From the NCBI GenBank assembly GCA_964016885.1, contig OZ024742.1, positions 270,072,001 to 270,136,000 of the forward strand: 64,000 bases of DNA, written 5' to 3'. Below are positions 24,215-41,300 of the stretch, one piece after another. The DNA is from Eledone cirrhosa (taxonomy: Eukaryota). A program made the position numbers and the translations under genes. How positions within the stretch are numbered: position 1 is the stretch's first letter; every line of letters starts with the position of its first letter. The notes beneath the pieces were generated by a model. The model was not told where the DNA came from. It worked only from the letters and a program-made list of their open reading frames with translations, and ran no database searches.

Positions 24215-24530
24215 CGTGTACCTTCTTGTGAGATTAAAGTACAGCTACCGACAGGCAGGTTTTTCCACAAATTCTACAAGCAGAAACACTCCTATTAATT
24301 TCGTATTCAATTATTGGTCGTTTTTCTCTATACTCCTCTTAATATTTACTTTCATTAATCTATTTTTCTCAAACGCTTTCACGCCATCCCATATTTTTGA
24401 GCGCCAGGTAAAGTGATCTACTGCAAGTTTTTCAAGTATTTTTTATTTATTCCTACATTCATCAAATTTTCCTTCATTGCCTCCTCGAACCTCTTCTTTA
24501 GATTGCTCCCTTTCCCTTTTCCCTGATCTC
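24215..24530 (-). pseudogene. RTE-clade LINE 3' fragment
   Basis: KKRFEEAMKENL, WRSKIWDGVKAFEKNR and terminal C2H2 finger CRICGKTCLS...SHKKVH. Confidence 0.65.
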
Positions 24531-25001
24531 GAAAGTGACACAGAAGAGACTCAGCTTAGCGAGACACGGGTGTCCCTACACGAACACAGTGAAAGAGGGA
24601 TGAAATACATTGATGTCCTAATGTCAGACAAGTCGCAGCGGTTATGTTGAAGCTCAGATTACTGGAGATATGTCCTCCATGGACCTCGTGAAACTTTGGG
24701 ATAGATATATAAAAAGGCATATAAGCGCGTGTGGTCGTTTGTATTCGTGTGAATGCCCGTGTTAGTATTGGGAGACTGAGAATGTGATACATAAACGTTA
24801 AATGTAGTTAGATAGGGAGATATATGTAAGAATCGTCTAGTTATTATGCAAGAAATGCTGGCGTTTCTACTCTGAGCACACCATCCACATACTTGCCCAG
24901 AATACGTAGTACTAACAGCTTAATAAAGGCATCCACTTTGTATCAGCGAAAGCAAAATAGTATGGGTATCAAACATTTTATCCACATTCTCCAATTGTTT
25001 G

Positions 25002-25049
<48 letters not shown>

Positions 25050-25287
25050 TCGCACAGCCACTTCGGTCACGAATGAACATGACTTTGCACCTAAGAAATT
25101 CCTGTTGAAGGCACAAACGCGGACGAGGTGTATTTATGGAAAAACTACCAGTCACTCATGCTTGACAGTCTCGTTTCTCCACGCAACCGATATTGTCCAA
25201 AGGAAAAGTGATGTTAGATACACCTTGCAACCAGTGAAGTCGCAACTCATTTCTGCACCTGAGTGTATATATATATATATATATATG

Positions 25288-25297
25288 GAGAGAGAGA

Positions 25298-25343
<46 letters not shown>

Positions 25344-25385
25344 GATAGAGCAATAGAGATAAAGAAGGGGAAAGAGAGAGAGAGA
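25288..25385. repeat. (AG)n microsatellite
   Basis: Direct inspection. Confidence 0.95.
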
Positions 25386-27114
25386 AAGTGGCGGTATATG
25401 TTATATAGAAAGATAGGTAGCTATGCATGTGCTCTATTCTATTCATATTTGTTTCTGACGCAAGTGAATGACTCTTGGTTCGCGAATATTTGTTGGACAG
25501 AATATTTCTTATACTTTTAAATGACCAAATCTTTTTCTCTAACTCATTGCACATGCTAACTTCTCCTCTATCATTGTGCTAGTGAAGCCTATTAAAATAC
25601 ACAAAGCACATAATCATTCAACTTTGCTGTGTGCACTTGATTGATCATGTGCTATAATGATAATACTTCACTATCAATATAATAAAAGGATATTCACCAA
25701 ATATAATATAGATACCCAAATTCACTTTGTTTACTCATCCATCTAGATTCAAGCGAATGCAATGGGGTATACATGTTGCGTTTGAGATTGCTTTCCAACG
25801 TAAAATGTGTTATATATATACCAGTCTATGGTCCAGCGAATTTGCTGGATTTTCATTATTAAATATTGCTTGTTAAGTTTCAAAGAAATCAATCACGGTA
25901 CACGATTCTTTGTGTATATAACTATGATCTTTCGTTAGTGCAAGACCTGTGCACTGTTTTATCAAAAGTTCTATATAGGATTATGCATTCAATTATAAAG
26001 ATACTTTTATTGATATCTGCAAGCACTCTGTCTCGGCTGCATTGGTGCGTAAACAATGCTGCTCTACTATAACATTAAAGATTCCCGGGGCGTTCTTATA
26101 TATTTCAGATACACTATTTAATCTAAAGAACAATTAATGTTCTGTGGTACGCACTTATGGCCCAGAGGGAAAATGAATATTGTATAAAATAGTATTCGCA
26201 TAAAGATATTAAATCATGCGACATTATTCGTATACATATGTGTGTGTGTGTGTGAGTGTGCGTTTGGATGTGTGTGTGTGTGTATGCGTGTGAGTGTGTG
26301 TGGGGGCGTTTATGAACATTTATTTGCATTAAAATGAACAGGCAAAATTGTATCTGATTAAATTATTATAATTATTGATATCTAGGTATGCATATTCCTC
26401 AATAATGTCGGAGTAAATGTATGTCCATACGTACGATTCAATCTTTATTTCTTACTTCCTTTGCTGTCCCTCATTGTCTTTTTGTGTGACCCTCCTAACC
26501 CAACTAGGATTTCCTCACCTCCAAATGATGTACCTTTGAAACACCCGCTATACATACATGTAGTAAACTCGTACCCAATAGAAACATTGCACAGAAAATA
26601 TAATGATAGAGGCATAAACAACACGACATACTTCACTTATTTTAGTTTTGCCAGAACGATAAGTATGTTTTAAAAAGACACAAATCTATAACTACATTTG
26701 ACACACAATTACACAGACACACACACATAACCGCAGTTATACATATAAATAGCACATACACATTCTCGCATAAATCCTCAAATGTTATCCTTCAAAAATA
26801 TTTCAAAGGAAATCGACTAAAATATATTATCAGCAGTATAATAAACAAGTATACAAGTAAAAACGCTGTTTGATGCCAATTCCAGAAATTATGTAATGCA
26901 CTAGGGAATAAGATTTAAAACAAAATTCAGTTATTCATAAGTATCCCCCTTGACATTATAGTGCGTAGGATTAAGTAGCCTTATTTGAAGCATAGAAAAA
27001 CTGTTTTAAGAACATAATAATACAAAATGATCATCTATTACTAAAATGTTTATAGAACTTTAGCATGAAGCGTAAAATCATTAAGAATATTTGAAATAAT
27101 TTTAAAATTATTTA

Positions 27115-27870
27115 GCCCCATCACTGTCTGCTGTTGACCACTCTCCAACATCGTAGACGATCCTCATCTGATCATTCCACTCCACTCCAGATCGCTTTTA
27201 GTTTTCTTAATTCAACCTCAGTTTCACGCCCTCAGCTTCCGCTAGGCAGGCTTCTCTCACTCACACTGCGATTTCCAGGCCAGGGTTAGGCGTGTGGTCA
27301 TGGATGCTGCTTTTCTAAGGGTATGTCCAACCCAGCTTTAGTTCCTCTGCAGAATCTGCTTAGCCACTGTTTCCTGTCCCACTCGTTCCCATTTAGTTTC
27401 TGATCTTCGCCGATTCTTTGATATTGTAGATACGCCTCAGAGAGGTGTTGGAGAATGTTTAGTTCTGAAGCAGATGTTTTTTTGTGGCCAGACGTTCTTT
27501 ACCATGGACGGGACGTATCGACTTGTCACCCACGTCAATCAAACACAATTCCTAGGGAGTTAAATGACAACACCTTTTATACGCTCTCCACTCAACCAAC
27601 TGTAACAGGTGTGTTAGCGGTGGTGTTTATCTTCATCAGCTCGTTTGGGGGGTTCTTGCTTTTTTTAGTCCTGTTCCAGTTGACGTAGTCTCCAAGCGTG
27701 AGATACTGTCCTGTACCTGATTTTAACTTTGTGACATGAGTGCCAGATCATCAGCAAAATGTTGGTCATCTAGTTGTGTCCAGGCTGTCCTCTACATGCC
27801 ATTGTTCCTGTATGTTGTGGGTTTCCTTATCCAGTCAATGACAAGCAGGATGAGGAAAGGTGAAAGCCTG
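27115..27870 (-). pseudogene. Decayed RTE-clade LINE 3' half
   Basis: WTQLDDQHFADDLALMSQ (RT catalytic motif) and WVGHTLRK..TRLTLAW. Confidence 0.75.
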
Positions 27871-28599
27871 CGCCCAAGTTGTATCTAAAGCATAATTTTA
27901 ATTTTACATATGTTTCAATGAAGAGCGGTGGGCCATAACACGATACATACGAGGTATCTGTCCCTTGCTCTACATATCTTCAGTAATTCAGATATTGATA
28001 GATGTTTTAATAATTTACTCCTTACCATAGATGAGGTTCATACCATATAAATTAATACATACCAACTAACAAGCACAATCAAAAGCAACAGCAAAGCAGA
28101 AGCGGTATTAAAATTAATATATCAAAATGTAGTACACCAGACATATGTTTAATAATTACATGAGTATTTTACTGTGCATATGGACAAGAAAAAAGGGCAG
28201 TAGTTAGTTAATGGTGCGTTTCGGGTATATAAATATATATAAAAAAAATAGAAAATGGAAAATAAAATCTATGACTTTATAAAAAGTGTTTTTTCCTAAT
28301 AAGATGACTTCCAACGGTACAAACAATCTCTAACTGTAACATACTGACATCAATTTTATTTATAATGAAATACCAATAAAGAAATAAAATCAGAAAGATA
28401 GATAATTAAACCATTATTCTGCAGATTTACTGTATTAGAATGTTCACCAAATGTATGCATAAAAATATGCATATGAAAGCAATGTTATAATTATTATTAT
28501 TAATTTTATATAACGGAAGTGAAAATTAGATATTATAAGTGAATAATTAAATAACAAATATACCCTGCAAAAAGATGGTCAATAATCACACTGAATTTT

Positions 28600-29200
28600 G
28601 TACTATTGACACAATGTCTGGATTTTGTCCAGTATCCTCCATTTAATGGAGAACGCTGTGCCGTTATTTATGAGATTCGAGAAATGGTACGATACCTGAG
28701 TAGTATGTTTTTTCAGGATGTCTGAACGTTCTTTCGTCGTTCAGGAAATGGGGCCGGCTCTTACACATTCCTACATAAGACCAGGCTTCAGTTTGGTGGT
28801 TCTGTGTGGTAGAGGTGACTTCTGCTCCATATATCATCGCTAAGAGTGTTGCACTGTTGACCCAGGGTACATTCGTCAGGCATTCTGCATGAGCATGCGT
28901 AAGCTGGAAGGATTTTGAGTTTGTGGGTGACGTAGGATTTTATGCTTCTGGTACAAGAGTAGCTTAATTTCACTACATGGAAGTTGAGTATTTGTAGGCA
29001 TTTATAGCCTACAGAGAAGTGAAAATATAGAAGGGCTAGGAATTGTCTATCTATATTTGTCTTCACATTGAGCGCGAATGATGGCGCGAACTATGGCTTT
29101 ATGTCTATGTTTTGTCTTGCTAGATATAGGGAGCTGATCAGGAGATAAGAGAGTAAGGTAACGATGCTCTTCCAGATACTGATCTGACCAACGCATTTTG
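28600..29200 (-). mobile_element. Penelope-like element fragment (linker plus GIY-YIG; same clade as 19990-22285)
   Basis: KTNIDRQFLALL.FHF..ILNFHVVKLSYSC..CSCRMPDEC, then IYGAEV..SYVGMC..FSIKWRIL. Confidence 0.78.
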
Positions 29201-29221
29201 GAGAGGCATATGGGAGCTGTA

Positions 29222-30905
29222 TTTTAACAAACTGGAAATTACCAGGCCCGGATGGTGTGCAAGGATATTGGAATAAAAATATAATGTCTCGCTTCCCGAT
29301 AGGGACGACCATGTACAATGAGGGATTGGTGTAGGATGAACTACCGCAGTAGTTTATAAAATGTACACAACGGTTCTAATAATAAAAGACTAAGCCAACG
29401 GAAAATAAGTTACCAACTATAGGCATATCACATGTCTGTTCTTATGTGAACATTACTAACAATCATTATGCCGGAGGAAATCTAACACCATACCTCGTCA
29501 TAAACAACCTACTGCCGGGAGAACTGAACAGATGTCGAAATAAGTTCCCTGGTACAAGAGACGAGGTACTTATTGACGAGATGATAATAGAGACCTGCAA
29601 GAGGCATACTGGTCTTGCAGTGAAATGGATAGATTAAAAGAAGGTATTCTACCCCTCGTCATTGATGACATAATACTCTTCGGGAAGAGCGAAAACGAGT
29701 CGGATGTTGTTTATATCATTGCCTGTATTTACAGCAAGGATATGTGCATGGAATTTGGTGTTAATAGGCGTGGATTTCGAGTGATGAGCACAGTTTAATT
29801 AAAGAGAATGAAAGGAATCGAGGTACCAGTGGGTGAGATGATAAAGGACAATAAAATGAAGGAAATGGTAACATCTGAATTAATAAAGAGACTAAGGAAC
29901 ATATTAAAATCACATCTGAATAGTAAAAATGACACATGTTCAGTAGATTTAAGAGCTGTATATCTATTATTAGGTACAGTGTGGCAATTCTTAAGTGTGA
30001 AAGACAAAGAATCTTATGACAAACTACAGTATGTATAACGAGAAGTGACATATTGATAGAGCTCTATGAGGAGATCTGAAGTTAAATGTGGCCTAATCAT
30101 CCTGGAGGACTGTGTTCAGATAGAAGTGTCTAAACAAATATGTTTATGGACGTAACGATCCAATGATTAAGGCCGTATTGAAAGAGGAGACAAGAGACCA
30201 GGGGGCATCCGAGTAATAAGTAACACTAAAGAACAACTGGAATGAAAAGTTTCTTTATAACACCTTTTTAAAGAAAATTGAATTCAGAGATCCGCAGGCA
30301 TTGAACTGCATAAGGAAAGGGAAAGTTAAGGAAGCCGAAGAACGACTGCCACTGCTCTTATGGGGAATTAGATGAAACACCATATTTAGGAGGAGGATAT
30401 CCCGCTCTGTACGCTCTGTGGAAAGAGATTGAATGAGAAGAAACTGTGAATCATGCTAGAGTGTAAATATCTATCGCCAACTCTCTATATAGGAGGGAGA
30501 TATGATATAGTAGGAAAAGTGATTAACTGGCATTTACGCAAACTGAACAAATTACCTCATACTGTGAATTGAATATTCCAGAGTCTTTGATAGAAAACAA
30601 TCAATGAAGGCTAAAAACGGATAAATAATTAGAACACAATTAGCCTGACTTTGAGGGTTTTGACAAAGAAAATTACCTCGCTTGATTATTTATGTAGCTT
30701 GCGCATTTGAGGCAAGAGTGCAAGAACAGGAAAACAGTAAATTAAAATCTATCAGTTTTAAAGTGGGAACTTAAACTAATTTGGGGCTGTCATTTGATCA
30801 AGGTCGTCTCCATCGCCGGAGAAGCATACAAGGCTGGTTAAAGAAAATAAGCCCAGGCCCTTTTTTTGGAACACCCCAGAAGGTATGACTGTGAGGAAAA
30901 GCCTG
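29222..30905 (+). pseudogene. Old, deleted copy of the R4/Dong-like LINE
   Basis: Collinear with 57115-59240 (LTNWKLPGPDGVQGYW, RNILKSHLNSKN, RLE region), with many stops. Confidence 0.88.
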
Positions 30906-30908
30906 AAC

Positions 30909-35375
<4,467 letters not shown>

Positions 35376-38281
35376 TAGAATGTTTCTACGTTGCTTGCCC
35401 ATCGAGCAGCATTGGTTCCCTCGTTTCTCAGAGCACGTGCCTTAGCTCTGACAATGCAACCTTCGTGTTTCGCATTGAAGAAAAGGTGTAATGCCATTCT
35501 GGCCGCTTGCACGTCAGTTGCAATGCCACTACAAATAGCCTCGTCTAACTTATCTACCAACAATCCTCCTTTCTGTTTTTCTCTAACGCTACTTCTTTGC
35601 TAAACCCTATCGACATGACTCTAATCTCTCATTTGAGTGCCCCTCACCATCTATTGTTGACGACTCACCCTGTCAATTTTTCTTAACTAAATTGTTGACT
35701 CGTTCCCTGTAAGCAAACGTGCTGGAAATGACATGTTCAGCATCCATAACAGGGTCCTAAATTACACGTCTAATCTAGGTCGATCATACAGATCACAAAC
35801 TTGTGATCTGAATAGGCGACCGTTTTAAAACGTGGACAGCTTACAGTATTTCTGTGTAATCTCCTAATGAATATCCTATCTATATACGTTTAAAATGACG
35901 CAATGCGGTTTGTCCTGGTTCACACTGGCGCATTAGGGAAATCTAGTTGGTACCTCTCAGACAGTTGAAACTGGCTGATCAGGTACTTGAGGCTTTTGCA
36001 CCCCCCGCTCCTATCGGATACACCCACACAGTCCCAGCATGCGTCTAAGATGCCGTTACAGTCCCCCGCTAACAGAAAAGGACGAGACGTACCCAGAAAG
36101 GCTTCCAGGCGTCTAAGGAAATCCGGCCCTCCTGCTCCAGTAGAGGCGTGGACGGCCACCAGTTTAAAGGCTGCAACTTAGATATTGTTCACGTCCAGGA
36201 CCACCAACTTAGCGTCTGGATCCTGGAAGATCGACCTTACCTCGATATCCAGGCCTTCATAAAAATGTACTGCCAACCCGCCTCCCATTCCCGGGCGACT
36301 AACACATGCGAATATCTGATAGTCGTCGAAAATCCTTGTCTCTCTGACGGCAATTACATCCATTTCTAGAGACATGAGGTCGTTGTGCAAGTGACCATGC
36401 TTCCAGGACGATCCAAGGCCTCGAGCAATTAAACTTCCTATTCTTAATACGGCCATGCTGGTAGGCTAAAAGAGAGAGGAAAGGTTTACTTACCTTCCGG
36501 GATCTTGTGAAGGTTGCCATGTTCGACCTCCATAGTTGGTGGGGTTTCTTTTGGGAACCCTTATACAAGTCTTGAAGTGGGTTTTACGTTCGGGTTACCC
36601 ACGTCCTGAGGAAAGCTGTCCTGTACCTCTTTGCATAAATCGAGCGACATTCGCACCAGAAACAAATCTTCCGTCATGCGAAATAAGCTCGATTTAAAAA
36701 TGTCCCCCTCTTTTTGTATTTGTTTAACTCGTGCTACGAGGGCCTTGTTGGTTCTCCTGACGAGGACGAAGTTTTGTATGTTTTGTTGGTGTGATTTTAT
36801 TTGTTTGCGTGGCTGTGGTGGTGATGGTTTTGATGGTGTTGTTTCGGTGTGTCTGTGTTTGTTGTAAGTGCGGTGTCTGTGGTTTCAGTTGTTTGTGTGT
36901 CCATTTTCTCTTGCGTCTGTTTAGGTTGCTTGCGTCTGGGGGATTCTGGTGATGGAGTTGGTGATGTTGATGTTGGTGTTGTTTTGGAGATGTTTGCGCG
37001 GGTGGTGTCTGTATGTTTTATTGTGGGTGTTTTTGTGCTTCGTTGATTTTTTTTTCTTTTTGTGTTTCTTTTTTTGTATTTTGGGGGATTTTGGTTTCCC
37101 TCATCTTCAGTACTGGTAGATGACGGGTCTACGTCTGTAAGTCTGTATGTGTTTGTGTGTGTGTTTATGTTTTTATTGATGTGTGTATTTTTGGATGGAG
37201 GAAGAGTTGGACAACTTTCCGCATCTCACCCCTGGGTGGTCAATGTTGGTGGTGGTGTTTCTATTGGTGTTGTTGCTGGTGATTTTACCGGTGCTAGTGT
37301 TGGTTGTGGTCCTCGCCCCGGCAGAAGTGGAGACCTTCGACCCCTTTCATGTTTCATAGCGAGGGCTTCAGACTTAAACAGCACCGAAATGGTGCCGCAT
37401 TGTCTGCCACTCGCTATCTATCGGTGTCTTCTGTGATGCACCTCAGTGTGACTTCGACATCTACTTGTGGAATTAAAGCTGCCCTCTTGGTTTCTGCTGA
37501 GATGCATCTGTAATGCACCGTTCTGCGCTCCACTGATTCAATAGCTTCTACCGGGACAGTTAAGTTGGTCCAGGTTTGCTCTTGCGTGATGAGCTTCCAG
37601 GCCTGGGCCAACTTTCATTTTTGTTCGAGAGGTCCATGCTGAAGCATGGCCTCTTTTTGGGTGCTGCCGCAGCGAAAGTGTTATTTTTGTTGTCGTTGGT
37701 AGTGTCGTTCTTATTTTCTTGTTGCTGTTATCACTGTTGCAGTTGGTAATATCTTTGGTGCCGCCATTGTTATTCTCGCTGCAGTTGGTATTGTTTCTGT
37801 TGTCGTTGTCGCTATTTGTTTTCATGTTAGTGGTGTTAATATTGTTGATGCATTTGTTGGCATTTTGTTCTGTTGTCTGTACTTTGGTTGTCGCTGATAC
37901 TGTTGTGGTTGGTGTGGTCATTTTTATCAAAATTAGTGTGCTCACTGTTGTTGTCATTGCTGTCTTTGTTCACGTTTGTGGTGGTGTTTTTTGTATCACT
38001 TTCTGTAAACCTCCTCTCAACTTTTACGCCGTTGTCACACGAGAGCAGACATATTGCTGGGTGGCGTGAATCAGCCATGCTTTCTCTTTTTTTTCTTTAT
38101 AATTTTTAAAAATAAAATGTTCAATTATTTGGGCCAAAATGCCCAAATATTATACTTTCCCTTTCACAGGGCAAAGTCAAAGGGCTTATATCATTTACAC
38201 AAGAAAGATTTTAGAACAAATAATTATAACAGGTAATCAAAGCGACTTACTCGGAGCGTGCAAAAAGACGTACGAACAGAC
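35376..38281 (-). mobile_element. L1/Tx1-like LINE copy B (5' UTR, ORF1 and endonuclease only)
   Basis: MAVLRIGSLIARGLGSSWK..DVIAVRETR and LLAGDCNGILD (APE motifs); T/N-rich ORF1 start at 38078; 5' end abuts (AAT)n. Confidence 0.85.

Positions 38282-38323
<42 letters not shown>
38282..38323. repeat. (AAT)n tract separating LINE copies (also 43910-43939, 48888-48989, 54732-54790, 59354-59372)
   Basis: Direct inspection. Confidence 0.97.
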
Positions 38324-38327
<4 letters not shown>

Positions 38328-41300
38328 TCTTTATTAACCACAAGGGCTTACATAAAGTAGACATGAATGAGAGTACAGGAAAATACATACAGGACGGTAC
38401 AAATGGGCATTTCTGCGTGTAAAAAAACACAAAAAACAGAGGATGTAACAAAAAAATAACAATGAAAAATGCCCCAATAGGGGGGAGATTTCCGACGGAC
38501 ATTAATGGAGAAAGCCCATTAAAAGGCTACAGTGACGCTGAACACCAGGGCAAGTGCCCTCTCCCAGTTTTCCACCTTTAATTTACAGACACATACTCTG
38601 AGTAGGCCCATTAACTCGGGACATACTTGCATCTCTCACCCATCTTTCAACAAAATGCTGGGAAAAGAGCACTTCCCTCTGAACCCTGATTTTCCTTTTC
38701 AAATGAAATTTGAAAAAGTTAATCAGGGCATCACCGAAGAGGTCAGTGCTCGTCTTCAGCCCTTTCAAACGTGTCCACCATACTATCTCTTTCACCATGG
38801 CCACCAGACAGATAAAAATTGCCTGCCCTTTCCGTCTAAAGGAGGAGGGCGGGGCCATACTCACGATGGACTCAGCTGATAGCCGGATCCGTCCTACACG
38901 TGACAGCAGGTGTTCGGCATAAACCCACAAGTCAGCAATGCTCGGACACTGCACGATGGCGTGCAAGACGGTTTCGTCGCCCTGCGCACATCTCGGACCT
39001 GCCCGGCTGACGGCACCTCCATCTTTGTAGAGTTTATCCCGAACTGGCAAAGTTCCTCGGTAGCACAGCCTGGCCAGGTATTTCTTGAAGTTGTCCATAG
39101 GCCCGGGCCCGAAAGTTCTTCCGAAGAGATTGGCTAGTTGTTTTTCGTCGATGCCTAGAATTTCTCCAAGTACGTCGTCGCTATTCCCCTCCACTAATCC
39201 TCTATAGAACGCTTAGGTGGAGTTTCCACCGATCACATTGCCCGATTATTCGAGAGCTGTGAGCGCCTGAAGACATTCCAGTCTCCAAGCGCTCCCTCTC
39301 GGTCTTCGCTTGACCCAGGACTGCAGCTCCGTCAAGGAGACGAGCTGGGGAAAGACGCGTCTAGCAAACGGCGACCTCACCTGATCACCGTCGAGGAAGA
39401 GGTGGAGATGTCGTAGCCTGAGCGCGTGTCTGCGTATCATCAGCCACGGCTTGCCCAGCCCTCTACGTAGCGGGTGTTGACAGCATTTGGACCGCCTGAC
39501 CATCGGAACGCTTCCCTTCCACAAAAAGCGAAAGAGCAAACGCTCCAGCGCAGTCAGGCAAGGCTTAGGACAAGGTACGACGGTTAGACGGTAGTAGATG
39601 ACGGACGCGATATACGCGTTAGCCACCTCCGCCCGACCTTTCAGGGACAGCTTCCTCTCCGCACATTTCTGGGTGAGAGAAGCCACCCTGCTGGTCCCCT
39701 CGTCCAAATTTTTCTCCATCTGAAGGTCTGGACCGAACCAGACCCCTAGTAATGTAACCGATCCGTCCGTCCAGCGCCCGACGACGCTGTTGGACGGCAT
39801 AGACCTGCCTCTCCAGGTGCCGAGCTGCAGGCCCACTGACTTTTCCTGGTTGATCATTGCTCCTGTCACCGCTTCGTATTCTCTTAGTGTAGTGCCGATC
39901 GCCTCGATGTATTTGGCGTTCGACACCACTACGGTAACATCGTCCGCATATGCTGACACGAATCTTCCACTTCCTAGTTCGCGCGGGATCCCTCTCAACG
40001 TCTCCAGTTTGTGCAGTAATGGCTCGAGAGTCAATATGTACAAGAGGGACGAGAGTGGACATCTTGGCGGACCGAGCGCATGATGTTGAACGGTTCCGAA
40101 AGGTGACCACACTCACCACAGAGCAGATGTCGCTGTGCATGCCAGCGATCCAGCCTCCGAAGACGGGCCCAAAGCCAGCCGCCCTCAGGACTGCTGCTAG
40201 GTAACGATGGTTGACCTATCGAAAGCTTTCGACTGATCTAAATTGATCAAGGACCCACCCGTGCCAAGTTACCTAACTACCCTCCCTACGATGCATTGCA
40301 TGAGGTGGAGGTTGTCGTGGATGAATTTGTCGGGAATGGCGCACGTCTGCGCCTCTTCCACCAGACCACCAACGACAAGCGCCAAACTCTTTGCTAGTAC
40401 CTTGGCCAAAATCTTGAACTCTGTGTTTAGCAGAGTTATGGGCCTGAAATTATCTATGTTATCCCCCTTATTCGGATCCTTTCTCAGCAGCTCTACAGCT
40501 CCTCGGCTCACAGAGCTGGGAATTCTCCCGTTCTGTTGCCAATTGCATTAGACGTCCGCCAACAGGCCTCTGAACAAGTCTGGCATATGTACGTAAAGTT
40601 CATAGAGCAGACCATCCAAACAAGGCGATTTACCCCTTGTGCAGCCAGTCATTGCCTCCCGTATTTCAGCGGCTGTTATCGGCTTTTCGCAACACTCCGC
40701 CTCAGTGGCCGAGAGCCGCAGCAGTCCGTTGAATTAGACACTGAAGTCCATCTCTCGATCCGGCCCGCCGCTGCCCTCCAACAGCTGGGCAAAGTGTCGC
40801 TGTAAAGCTTCACACATTTGCCCGGGATCGAGTAGCATGCGCCCGTCGTGGTCCACCAAAGACCGGATCGTGGCTTTGTTGACACGACGCGCCTCCGCCA
40901 CTCGGACCCATTGAACGGCTTTCGTCCCCTCGTGTCTGAGAGCACGCACCCTTGCTCTGACAACGCAGACTTCGTGCTTTGCATTGAAGAATTGGTCAAG
41001 GGTCGACTTCGCCGACTATCTTTAATTGTGGACAGCCGATGCTAGATCTATCTGTTTCCCTACAAAATACTCTATCTAGATATGATCTGGATGACCCTAT
41101 GCGATTTGTCCAAGTTCACATTGGCACATTCGGGAAATCCAATCGGTACCTGTCACAGTTCAAAACATCTGAGCAGGTTGGTGAGGCTCTTGCACCCTCC
41201 TCCCTTATCCGCTAATCCCGCACAGTCCCAGCGTGCATCTAAGATCCCGTTCCAGTCGCCCACTAACACTAAAGAACGGAACGTTCCAAGAAAGGTCTCC

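Noticed and set aside
25045-25265. Insert between TA tracts (similar case at 34672-34860) as further HHR elements
   Set aside because: The context fits but no complete core could be read on either strand
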